NCBI GenBank assembly: GCA_030425045.1
Contig: JAUHVL010000006.1
Coordinates: 68,677 to 132,676 of the forward strand
Origin: a bacterium
Lineage (GTDB): Bacteria; Bdellovibrionota; Bacteriovoracia; Bacteriovoracales; Bacteriovoracaceae
Direction: 5' to 3'
Length of the DNA: 64,000 bases
Shown here: positions 47,939 to 56,596 of the stretch, piece after piece
Layout: each line of letters begins with the position of its first letter
Position numbering within the stretch: position 1 is the first letter of the stretch
The notes under the pieces: generated by a model
What the model was told of the DNA's origin: nothing
Seen by the model: only the letters and a program-made list of their open reading frames with translations
The model's database searches: none
Translations under genes and position numbers: made by a program

Positions 47939-48956
47939 TTTGATCATTCTTTTCTTAAATGTTTCAGTTTTTGCTCAACAAAAACTTCCCGAACTTATGA
48001 CAAAGCAAGCACTTCAAAATATTAGGCTCATAACAAAAGATGGAAAATTTACATATTATCAAAGAGGTTCTAAGAGCTTACTTCTTTCTAGTAATTACTC
48101 CGTAAAAGAAATTCTTACCTCTGATCAAGGTTCTCATTTCGATGTAATAAGTACCTTAAGTAGAAAACGTATTTTGGTTATTCTCGATAAGAATTTTCAT
48201 AAAAAGCATTCTATCACTCAACCACGAGAAATTTACTGGGCACCTTTTGGTGGTGAAAAAATGACAAAGCTTGGAATGGGCAATGCTGCCAATCTCCACT
48301 TAAATGATGAATGGGCCAGTGTTTATTCTATTATTGATAGAACGATTAAATTTATTAACCTCTCAAATAGTGACCTCGATTTTTCAATCAAATTATCTAA
48401 TCGCTTCAATCCCTTTTTTATACCTCAAATAGAAATGATCAACGAAGACAGAGTTTTGTATACTGATATCAACAAAGACGGTCTCTATGGACTCTTGTCC
48501 TACAATAGAACAACAAAGAGAAACAAACTTATCTACAAAGTAGATGAGCCTTACTTTAAAATTGATTTTTGTTTAAATAAAAATGATCTTATTATAGGTC
48601 ATTTTTCTTACGATTCATCACAAAAGTATTCACAAATACTTCATTCAGATATCAGCAAAGTTGATCTTAAAGAGTTATACCTCTCGACAAGTAACGATAT
48701 TGGAAACCTCTTCTGCCCACAAGATGAAAACCTTGTTTACTTTGTAAAAGACACTTCTGGAAAAAGAAAGAGGTTCACCTCGGATATATTTTCGCTCGAT
48801 ATAAAGTCAAAAGAATTAAAGCAACAAACTAAGATGAATACTGTTTCTCAAATAATAAATATGGACGGCATGATTTTGGTACCTTCGAAGGGGAAATATT
48901 ATGTCTTGAGAGGTAATAGTAAACTTAATACATTAGACCAATTAAAGGGTAATTGA
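47925..48956 (+). CDS. Secreted protein, beta-propeller-like (TolB-like impression), unknown function
   Basis: Signal peptide MALFNLIILFLNVSVFA. Repeated short beta-rich segments with D.DG/Y patterns. 14-nt overlap with the upstream gene. Confidence 0.45.
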   Translation: MALFNLIILFLNVSVFAQQKLPELMTKQALQNIRLITKDGKFTYYQRGSKSLLLSSNYSVKEILTSDQGSHFDVISTLSRKRILVILDKNFHKKHSITQPREIYWAPFGGEKMTKLGMGNAANLHLNDEWASVYSIIDRTIKFINLSNSDLDFSIKLSNRFNPFFIPQIEMINEDRVLYTDINKDGLYGLLSYNRTTKRNKLIYKVDEPYFKIDFCLNKNDLIIGHFSYDSSQKYSQILHSDISKVDLKELYLSTSNDIGNLFCPQDENLVYFVKDTSGKRKRFTSDIFSLDIKSKELKQQTKMNTVSQIINMDGMILVPSKGKYYVLRGNSKLNTLDQLKGN

Positions 48957-49795
48957 TTTTGATAAAATTATTTATTTTACTTTTTTGTCAAAATTTATTT
49001 AGTGCATGGGCACCAATAAAAGATGTTCCTTTTGAACTTGAGGCAATTATTAAATCTGCTGGTAGCGGAGACCTTGAATATCAAGAAAAAGCAAAAGTCT
49101 CTCTTGGAAAGGTCTTTAATTTCTATAATAACCTTGAAAAGAAGGACTTTTATTATATTTTTAAAGTCTCAACTTATAAATACCTTTTAAGAGAGAAGCC
49201 TGAGACAAGAATACCTGTTAACTATTTCAATTCGCCTTTCTTAAATAAGTTTATCCGAAAAAACCCACCAACTCATCTTCAAGACTTTGAGAAATGGTTG
49301 TGGTCTGCTCTTGTAAAAGATGTCGATCTCATCATGAGAGATCCTAACTATTACCGCTTTGTCGAGGCGAAAAAGAAAAATGAAATGAAAGACTCTTTTG
49401 CCATTCTAGATAAGAAAATAAGACTTATTATTCCATGGCTTATTTTTATGAAAACTCAAGATAAAGTAGAACTTGAAATTTATATGAGAGAGTCATACTT
49501 AAAAATTTTAGACCATGCTGCGATTAATATGAAAATATTTGCGACCTTAAAAGAAAAAGCGAATGCAAAGCTCCCTCTGAAATTTGACCTCTCTCCCTAT
49601 ATCAGCATCAAAAAAAGTGAGCCCACGAAAAAAGAAGATAAAGCAATCGACACCATTAATAGTATTGTTAAAGATATTACTGAAGATGAGCTTCCCAAAC
49701 CTACCGATGATTGGAAGCTTGATTCTGATGAATTTCTACCAAAAGATGATACTGAGCTTCCCACACCTGTTGATGACTGGCTCAATGAGTTCTAA
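48953..49795 (+). CDS. Secreted helical protein with acidic C-terminal ELPxPxDDW repeat
   Basis: TTG start overlapping the upstream TGA (TTGA). Signal-like MILIKLFILLFCQNLFSA. The C-terminus is DELPKPTDDWKLDSDEFLPKDDTELPTPVDDWLNEF. Confidence 0.5.
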   Translation: MILIKLFILLFCQNLFSAWAPIKDVPFELEAIIKSAGSGDLEYQEKAKVSLGKVFNFYNNLEKKDFYYIFKVSTYKYLLREKPETRIPVNYFNSPFLNKFIRKNPPTHLQDFEKWLWSALVKDVDLIMRDPNYYRFVEAKKKNEMKDSFAILDKKIRLIIPWLIFMKTQDKVELEIYMRESYLKILDHAAINMKIFATLKEKANAKLPLKFDLSPYISIKKSEPTKKEDKAIDTINSIVKDITEDELPKPTDDWKLDSDEFLPKDDTELPTPVDDWLNEF

Positions 49796-49929
49796 TAAAA
49801 GCAGATAGTTACAATTGTTTTTTTAGCTAATATGACACTAGGTAAGCTATAAATATTACCTCTCCCATTGAGAAAAATGTGTTCCGGTCCTAGGATGCAA
49901 GGAACACAACATATCATCAGGAGAACAAA

Positions 49930-50625
49930 ATGAAGAAAACAAGCTTATTAGTAGCGATCATCCTTCTTTCGTCTTCAGTATTTGCTAGAAACGCTGGAGA
50001 AAGAAGAAAAACAATTCAAAGAATTGAAAATACGGCCATTCAAATTTTGGATGAGGTTCGTTATTCGCCAGCGACAGTTTCAGATCTTAAAAAAGCACAA
50101 AGCCTTTTAAGGCAAGCTAACAATATTATCCTAGGAATGAATACAGACTTTTCTGTGAAACCTAAGTTGAGATGTGTTGATAAAGATGGCGACAATAGAA
50201 ACCCGTGGGTTTATGCCACTGTTGATGCCAATTTTAACGTAAATAAAATCACGAATGTTCAGTTTAGAAGTAAATCATTATGTGAAAGAGCCTATAGTGA
50301 TATGCAAAATATCATGGGTACTTTTGTTATGTGTACAGCGAAAGACAATGATGACAGAGATCCTTGGAGTATTACAGTTGTAAATGGAGATCGTCTTAAC
50401 AAACTTAATAACGTGACTTTTGGAACTTACGAGAAATGTATCAATACGATTAGGACTCCAAAAATTCAAAACGGACAAGCTGTATTTTGTACCGCTAGAG
50501 ATAACGACGGAAGAGACCCTTGGGTAATCGCCAAATTAAACCTTAGATCTCAACAAATAGAAAAAGGAACAAGTACTTTTGGTACTCTTAGTGCCTGTCA
50601 AAGTATCATCAACGGTTCTTTTTAA
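49930..50625 (+). CDS. Secreted protein with three tandem Cys-pair repeats, unknown function
   Basis: Signal peptide MKKTSLLVAIILLSSSVFA. RBS CAGGAGAA. The repeats are described in the repeat feature at 50173-50595. Confidence 0.55.
   Translation: MKKTSLLVAIILLSSSVFARNAGERRKTIQRIENTAIQILDEVRYSPATVSDLKKAQSLLRQANNIILGMNTDFSVKPKLRCVDKDGDNRNPWVYATVDANFNVNKITNVQFRSKSLCERAYSDMQNIMGTFVMCTAKDNDDRDPWSITVVNGDRLNKLNNVTFGTYEKCINTIRTPKIQNGQAVFCTARDNDGRDPWVIAKLNLRSQQIEKGTSTFGTLSACQSIINGSF
50173..50595 (+). repeat. Three ~52-aa coding repeats: C-x2-(K/R)-D-x-D-x-R-(N/D)-P-W ... F-(R/G)-(S/T) ... C
   Basis: CVDKDGDNRNPWVYATVD...VQFRSKSLC / CTAKDNDDRDPWSITVVN...VTFGTYEKC / CTARDNDGRDPWVIAKLN...STFGTLSAC. 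Cys at residues 82/118, 135/170 and 187/222. Confidence 0.6.
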
Positions 50626-50650
50626 TTAAAACCAAATAAATTGATCGATT

Positions 50651-50677
50651 AAGGCCTTCTTTGGAAGGCCTTTTTTA
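50651..50677 (+). terminator. Rho-independent terminator
   Basis: AAGGCCTTC-tttg-GAAGGCCTT (9-bp stem) followed by TTTTTT. Confidence 0.8.
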
Positions 50678-50726
50678 TTTTTAGCTATGGGAAAAGCTAA
50701 CTCATTTGAGTATATTATGGGGTATT

Positions 50727-52019
50727 ATGTTGAGTAAAAAGCCCTATAGAGGCACCAGAGACTTTTTCCCGAAAGAACAACGATTACGAGAGTTCATATT
50801 TGAAACAATGCACAAATGTGCTTTAAAGTATGGCTTTGAACCGTACGACGGTCCCCTTCTCGAAGAGGTCGCTCTTTATCAAGCAAAATCTGGTGAAGAA
50901 CTTATTAATGATCAAATTTATTCTTTCAACGATAGAGGTGAAAGGTTTGTTGCGATCAGACCTGAGATGACACCCACACTGGCGAGAATGGTTGCTCAAA
51001 TTCACAAAGAAGAGCTCAAACCTATTCGCTGGTTCTCCATTCCAAATTTAATGAGATACGAAAAGCCTCAAAGAGGTAGACTTCGTGAACATTGGCAGTT
51101 TAACTGTGATATCTTCGGTGCCTCCGGTAGGCTTGGGGAACTTGAGATTTTAAACTTGGCCATTTCTTTATTCAAAGATTTTGGAGCAAATGCCGAACAT
51201 TTTGAAATTCGCATTAATGATAGGGCCGTTATCGATAGCTTTTTTAACTATCTCAAACTTAGCGAAGAACAAGTCTATCGTATTTATAAAATAATCGATA
51301 AATCAAAGAAGGTTGATGAAGCTGCTCTCGATAAAATGATTGGCGAACTCAAACTTGAAGACTCAACAGTCACTTCCTTAAAAAAATATTTAAACTTAAC
51401 TAGCTTTGATGAGCTTAATACTTTCTTTTCAGAGTTAGGCTTAAGCGACTCAATCTCTGAGTTTAATCTCCTCATTGATAAATTGAATAAAGACTATGTT
51501 TTATATGACCCATGCATCGTTCGTGGACTCGATTATTACACCGGCGTGGTTTTTGAAATATTCGATAAAAACCCCGAAAACCGCCGTGCACTTTGTGGAG
51601 GAGGAGCTTATGCCAACCTCCTTCAAATTTTTAACGAACCTCCGCTTGCTGGTGTTGGCTTTGGGCTCGGTGATGTTACTCTCACTGACTTTCTTAATGG
51701 TCACAACCTTGTACCAGAAAGAGTAAGAGAACCGGCCATCGATGTACTTTTTACTTTCCAAGATGAAAACGCCTTAGAGATCAGTCTAGAAATGGCAAAC
51801 AAATTAAGAGATCGAAACTTAAGCGTACTCTCTGTTTTTGAAAAACTAAAAATGCAAAGAGTTTTTAAAGTCGCTGAAAAAAGAGGCGCTCGCTTTACAA
51901 CGATTATTGGTAGTAACGAGTTAGATAACAAAAAAATCATTATTAAAAATCTTGAAACAAAAGAACAAAAAGAATTTTCTTTTGACGATATCGACTCCAT
52001 CGTCAATTTTGTAGGTTAG
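50727..52019 (+). CDS. hisS: Histidine--tRNA ligase
   Basis: MLSKKPYRGTRDFFP..., class II motifs (FVAIRPEMTP, RYEKPQRGRLREHWQF, GGGAYANLL) and a C-terminal anticodon-binding domain. The track start is TTG 50706. I prefer the in-frame ATG 50727. Confidence 0.95.
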   Translation: MLSKKPYRGTRDFFPKEQRLREFIFETMHKCALKYGFEPYDGPLLEEVALYQAKSGEELINDQIYSFNDRGERFVAIRPEMTPTLARMVAQIHKEELKPIRWFSIPNLMRYEKPQRGRLREHWQFNCDIFGASGRLGELEILNLAISLFKDFGANAEHFEIRINDRAVIDSFFNYLKLSEEQVYRIYKIIDKSKKVDEAALDKMIGELKLEDSTVTSLKKYLNLTSFDELNTFFSELGLSDSISEFNLLIDKLNKDYVLYDPCIVRGLDYYTGVVFEIFDKNPENRRALCGGGAYANLLQIFNEPPLAGVGFGLGDVTLTDFLNGHNLVPERVREPAIDVLFTFQDENALEISLEMANKLRDRNLSVLSVFEKLKMQRVFKVAEKRGARFTTIIGSNELDNKKIIIKNLETKEQKEFSFDDIDSIVNFVG

Positions 52020-52023
52020 TTAT

Positions 52024-54681
52024 ATGAGTGAAATTTCCAAAACGTATTCGGCAAAAGAGATCGAAAGCAAGTGGTATCAAACCTGGTTAGAGGGTGGTTA
52101 TTTTAAACCTAAAAAAGGTAAAGCGAATGATGCTTTTTGCATCATCATGCCTCCGCCAAATGTCACGGGGAAACTTCACGAAGGACACGCTCTTGATGCA
52201 ACTACACAAGATGCTCTTATACGTTTTAAAAGAATGAAAGGATTCGAAGCTCTATGGCTCCCGGGAATGGATCATGCGGGTATTGCTACTCAAAGTGTTG
52301 TCGAAAAAATGGTATGGGAACAAGAGAAAAAAACTCGCCACGATTTTGAAAAAGAAGATTTCATCAAAAAGATTTGGCAGTGGAAAGAAGAGTACGGAGG
52401 AATCATTGCTAATCAACAAAGACTTCTCGGTGCTAGTTGTGATTGGGACTACTCTATGTTCACCATGGACCCAGAGGCAAATGAAGCCGTAAGAAAAGTA
52501 TTTGTTGATCTGTATAATGAAGGTCTTATTTACCAAAGTGATTATATAATTAACTGGGATCCAGTATTACACTCTGCCATTTCAGATGCAGAGGTTGAAC
52601 ATAAAGAAGTTCAAGGTGCTTTTTACCATATACTATATAAAGTAAAAGGGACTGATGAAACGCTCGAAGTGGCCACAACCAGACCAGAAACTCTTTTAGG
52701 CGATACCGCTGTTTGTGTTCATCCTGAAGATGAACGTTTTCAAAAATATATTGGCAAAACAGCAATCATTCCCATTTGTAATAGAGAGATTCCGATCATC
52801 GCTGATGATTATGTTGATACCGAAAAAGGAACAGGTTGTTTAAAGGTCACTCCAGGCCATGATTTTAATGACTTTGAAATCGGACAAAGGCATAAACTAC
52901 AAATCATTACCATTCTCAATAAAGATGCCACTTTTAATGAAAATGGTGCTCCTCTTCAAGGAATGGATGTTAAAGCTGGTCGTAAAAAAATAGTCGAGTT
53001 ACTTGAAGAAGCTGGGCAACTCGTAAAAGTAGAAAAACACGTACATCAAGTCGGACATGGCGATAGATCGAAAGCTGTTATTGAACCACTTGTATCAAAG
53101 CAATGGTTCTTAAATGTGCAAGAGATGAGCAAGCGCTCTGTTGAGTCTGTTGAAAAAGAGCAAATGAAATTCTTTCCTAAAGGTTGGGAGAATACATATT
53201 TCTCTTGGTTAAGAGAACCTAAAGACTGGTGCATCTCAAGACAACTTTGGTGGGGACATCAAATTCCTGTTTTTTATTGTAACGATTGTGACAATCAATG
53301 GGCATCAACAGAAGAAGAGTCTAACTGCAGTAAATGTAACTCTTCTTCAATTACTCAAGACCCCGATGTTCTCGATACTTGGTTTAGCTCTGCTCTTTGG
53401 CCATTTTCAACTCTTGGATGGCCAGACGAACAACGAATGAAAGATAAAAAATTCGAAACCTTTTACCCCACTACTGTTTTAATAACAGGATACGACATTA
53501 TCTTTTTTTGGGTCGCCAGAATGATGATGATGGGTCTTAAGTTTACAGGGAAAGAGCCATTTCATAGCACATATATTCATGCCATTGTTCGCGATAAATT
53601 TGGTAGAAAAATTTCTAAATCACTCGGTAATGGTATTGATCCAATTAAAACCATTGAAGAGTATAGTGCCGATGCATTTCGATTTACCCTCGCCTCTGGA
53701 TCAGGTTACAATCGAGGGATCAACCTAGACCCAGATCGAATTGTCGGTTATCGTAACTTTATCAATAAAGTTTGGAATGCCTTTCGTTTTATTCACCCCG
53801 TTCTTGAAAAAAGTGAAGCACAACTCCCCGAACTTTCAAAACTTGATGCACACGAGAAGTGGATTCTAGCGGAACTCAATACCACCGCAAAAACTATGAA
53901 TGACTCACTTGAAGTCTTTAGATTTGACGAAGCTTCAATGGCCATTTATCAATTTGTTTACGACAAATACTGTTCTTGGTTTATTGAACTCTCCAAGCCA
54001 ATTTTAAATGGTAACGATGAAAGTAAAATTATTCAAAGAGCTACAGTTTTAAAATTTGTTCTTAAAAAGATGGTCGCCCTCCTTCATCCGATCACTCCCT
54101 TTGTAACAGAAGAGCTTTGGAGCTTTATCAAAGATGATAAAGAGGACCTTCTTATCATTCAGGATTATCCCGAATATGAAGAGCAATTTAACTTCACAAA
54201 AGAACAAAATGAAATGAATCAGTTCACTGAAGTTATTACAGGAATTAGAAACTTACGTTCAAGTGTAAACATTAAGCCAAGTGAAGAGATAGAGGTACAG
54301 CTTTTTATTGATAATGAAGCGAGTACATCTTATTTCAAAACAAATGAAGAAAGTCTTCAGAAGATGGCCAAAGTAAATAAACTCACTATTGAAAATAAGT
54401 CGAACGCAAGACCAGAGAAATCTATCTTTATGTCGACTTCACATCTCGATATCTTCATCCCTCTTAGCGGCGTGATCGATATAGAAGCTCATGTGGCAAA
54501 ACTTAATAAAGATCTGACCAAGCTTCAAAAAGAGTTTGATAAATACGACAAAAAACTTCATAACCCTAAGTTTATTGAAAACGCGAAAGAAGAAGTTATC
54601 GCTGAAGTAAAATTTAACCACGGCGAAGTCTCAAGTAAAATCAATGCTTTAAAAGAAAATATTGAACTCTTTAATAAGTAA
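52024..54681 (+). CDS. valS: Valine--tRNA ligase
   Basis: HIGH-type PPPNVTGKLHEGHA, KMSKS-type KISKSLGN, editing domain, C-terminal coiled coil. Confidence 0.97.
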   Translation: MSEISKTYSAKEIESKWYQTWLEGGYFKPKKGKANDAFCIIMPPPNVTGKLHEGHALDATTQDALIRFKRMKGFEALWLPGMDHAGIATQSVVEKMVWEQEKKTRHDFEKEDFIKKIWQWKEEYGGIIANQQRLLGASCDWDYSMFTMDPEANEAVRKVFVDLYNEGLIYQSDYIINWDPVLHSAISDAEVEHKEVQGAFYHILYKVKGTDETLEVATTRPETLLGDTAVCVHPEDERFQKYIGKTAIIPICNREIPIIADDYVDTEKGTGCLKVTPGHDFNDFEIGQRHKLQIITILNKDATFNENGAPLQGMDVKAGRKKIVELLEEAGQLVKVEKHVHQVGHGDRSKAVIEPLVSKQWFLNVQEMSKRSVESVEKEQMKFFPKGWENTYFSWLREPKDWCISRQLWWGHQIPVFYCNDCDNQWASTEEESNCSKCNSSSITQDPDVLDTWFSSALWPFSTLGWPDEQRMKDKKFETFYPTTVLITGYDIIFFWVARMMMMGLKFTGKEPFHSTYIHAIVRDKFGRKISKSLGNGIDPIKTIEEYSADAFRFTLASGSGYNRGINLDPDRIVGYRNFINKVWNAFRFIHPVLEKSEAQLPELSKLDAHEKWILAELNTTAKTMNDSLEVFRFDEASMAIYQFVYDKYCSWFIELSKPILNGNDESKIIQRATVLKFVLKKMVALLHPITPFVTEELWSFIKDDKEDLLIIQDYPEYEEQFNFTKEQNEMNQFTEVITGIRNLRSSVNIKPSEEIEVQLFIDNEASTSYFKTNEESLQKMAKVNKLTIENKSNARPEKSIFMSTSHLDIFIPLSGVIDIEAHVAKLNKDLTKLQKEFDKYDKKLHNPKFIENAKEEVIAEVKFNHGEVSSKINALKENIELFNK

Positions 54682-54692
54682 TTAGAACTTCT

Positions 54693-56540
54693 TTATCTGC
54701 TCAACTCTTGAATCGCTTGCTGCAATTCATACTTAACAACAGGATTCGTCTCTACCAGTAATCTGTTATTTAATATTACAATTGCAGTTCGATCTTTTGT
54801 TTTAATAATCAAATTGATTGCCGCACTTCTGGTTGCGGTATAGGGAGCATTTAACGCCTCTTCAAGTTCAGGGAACATTACCTTACTGACAGACTTTCTC
54901 TCAGAAAAACGAATGGCTAAAGATCTTACTATATCTTCACGGTCACCCATCAATTTTATGAGCAGTTTTGTCGCTTCAAGAGAGTTTACTTTATTTAATA
55001 AGCTTACTGCCAATTTTCTTGTTTCAACCAAACTACTCTCAGCGAGAACTTTAACTGAAACTATATTTTGCTGACTTAATGTAATTCCTTGTGCCCAATT
55101 AGCAGCATAAGTTCTTACTGCTCGATCACTATCATTTGCGAGCAGAAGCATTTTATTTTTTTCATTAGTCGTTAACGTTTTTCTTACGAGATACCTCATG
55201 GCATCTAATCTCAAGTTTGCATATTCGTGGTTTAATGCACCCACAATATCAGCACGATACTTTGTTGTTCTTGGATTATTTAATCCTAAATATACAGAGA
55301 CATATTGTTTCAACTGAATAAGTTCAGCATTTTCCATCTTCTTACATAAATCTAAAAAGAGTCTTCCATTTGCCTGAAGACCATCTTTAAGAAGAATTAA
55401 CATCGAGAGTTGGTAAATCTCATTATCACTCTTTTCTATTACTGACTTTTTAAGATTAATTTCTCTCATCAGATTTGAATAATTTGTATTGAAAAGACCA
55501 GAGAAGTCCGTAGTCGCCACAACGCCAACAAGATGATGATAAAGAGAACGTATATTTTTAAACTCAGCTAATTTAAGTGTGTAGCGTTTGCTTTTAGAAA
55601 CAGCATTTATATTACCTTCAAGAATTTTTTCAACGGCCATACTGCTTAGGTAAGAATCAAGACTGACTCCTTCAACCATGTCATATAACTTCACAAAAAC
55701 TTCTGCGCTTTTTGGAAAATATTTTCCTTGAGGTTTCTCTTCTTGAGTAAAAACAATAATCACTGGTGCTTCACTACCTAAATACGTTAGCTCAACGGCA
55801 TAAACGAGCTCATTTGAAGCATTAACGTACTCTCCTAATTCCTTTTTAGACTCAACCTTACGATCAACACATTGAGCTCCATTTAAAGAAAGACCACAAT
55901 CTTTAAAATCACTAGCAATAATTTTTGCAGGCTCAGCAAAAACTTCATCTAAATCCACTACCGTTTTTGGTTGCTTCATCTCTAGGTTACTTAGAGTAAG
56001 CCTAGAAACTCCATTTTTCTCAAAAGTAACCTCTGCGAGTTTTGGATTTGTGATCTCTTCACATTTTTTCGTTAAAAACTTTGGAATGAGGTTTTTATCT
56101 CCATTACAAACTTTAACGAGCTCAGGTAATGACATTTCACTATATTTTATAATTTCTGAACATTGAGATGAAATATAATCTGGTAACGATGTTGGGTCCT
56201 GCTTACACTTGGTAAGAACTTCTCCGTCATTCAATTGATCAATTTGAGCTTGTTCCAACTCTTTACATTTATCAATCATATCAACTGGAATTGTGGCCGG
56301 ATCACCAGAGCATATTTTTATTAACTCAGCAATTTCTTGTTGTTTTTTGAGTTCCTCACACTGGGCCAAAACTTCTTCAGTGAGAAGTGCAGGATCTAAT
56401 GAGCAAAGTGCGATGAGATCCTCAACTGTTGGCTCAGCTCCCGGCGCCGGTGCTGGTACTTCAGGGCGATTTGAATTATCGGAACAGGATGAAAGTATGA
56501 AAAAAGCGATTACTATAAGTGTTTGAAGTGTTTTCATCAT
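54693..56540 (-). CDS. Lipoprotein with N-terminal Cys-pair repeats and C-terminal HEAT-like repeats
   Basis: Lipobox FILSSC and Pro/Ala linker RPEVPAPAPGAEP. The C-terminal part has HEAT/PBS-lyase-like units (DSDRAVRTYAANWA, VETRKLAVSLL, REDIVRSLAIRF, YTATRSAAINLI). Confidence 0.55.
   Translation of the reverse strand: MMKTLQTLIVIAFFILSSCSDNSNRPEVPAPAPGAEPTVEDLIALCSLDPALLTEEVLAQCEELKKQQEIAELIKICSGDPATIPVDMIDKCKELEQAQIDQLNDGEVLTKCKQDPTSLPDYISSQCSEIIKYSEMSLPELVKVCNGDKNLIPKFLTKKCEEITNPKLAEVTFEKNGVSRLTLSNLEMKQPKTVVDLDEVFAEPAKIIASDFKDCGLSLNGAQCVDRKVESKKELGEYVNASNELVYAVELTYLGSEAPVIIVFTQEEKPQGKYFPKSAEVFVKLYDMVEGVSLDSYLSSMAVEKILEGNINAVSKSKRYTLKLAEFKNIRSLYHHLVGVVATTDFSGLFNTNYSNLMREINLKKSVIEKSDNEIYQLSMLILLKDGLQANGRLFLDLCKKMENAELIQLKQYVSVYLGLNNPRTTKYRADIVGALNHEYANLRLDAMRYLVRKTLTTNEKNKMLLLANDSDRAVRTYAANWAQGITLSQQNIVSVKVLAESSLVETRKLAVSLLNKVNSLEATKLLIKLMGDREDIVRSLAIRFSERKSVSKVMFPELEEALNAPYTATRSAAINLIIKTKDRTAIVILNNRLLVETNPVVKYELQQAIQELSR
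56037..56426 (-). repeat. Four ~32-36-aa coding repeats: (E)L(I/V)x(I/V/L)C-x-x-D(P/K)-x-x-(I/L)P-x5-7-C-x-E
   Basis: VEDLIALCSLDPALLTEEVLAQCEEL / AELIKICSGDPATIPVDMIDKCKEL / EVLTKCKQDPTSLPDYISSQCSEI / PELVKVCNGDKNLIPKFLTKKCEEI. Confidence 0.6.
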
Positions 56541-56596
56541 TATCTCTCGTCGTTGTAGCCTATGACATATCGCACAGGAATCACGAAAGAAAGACG

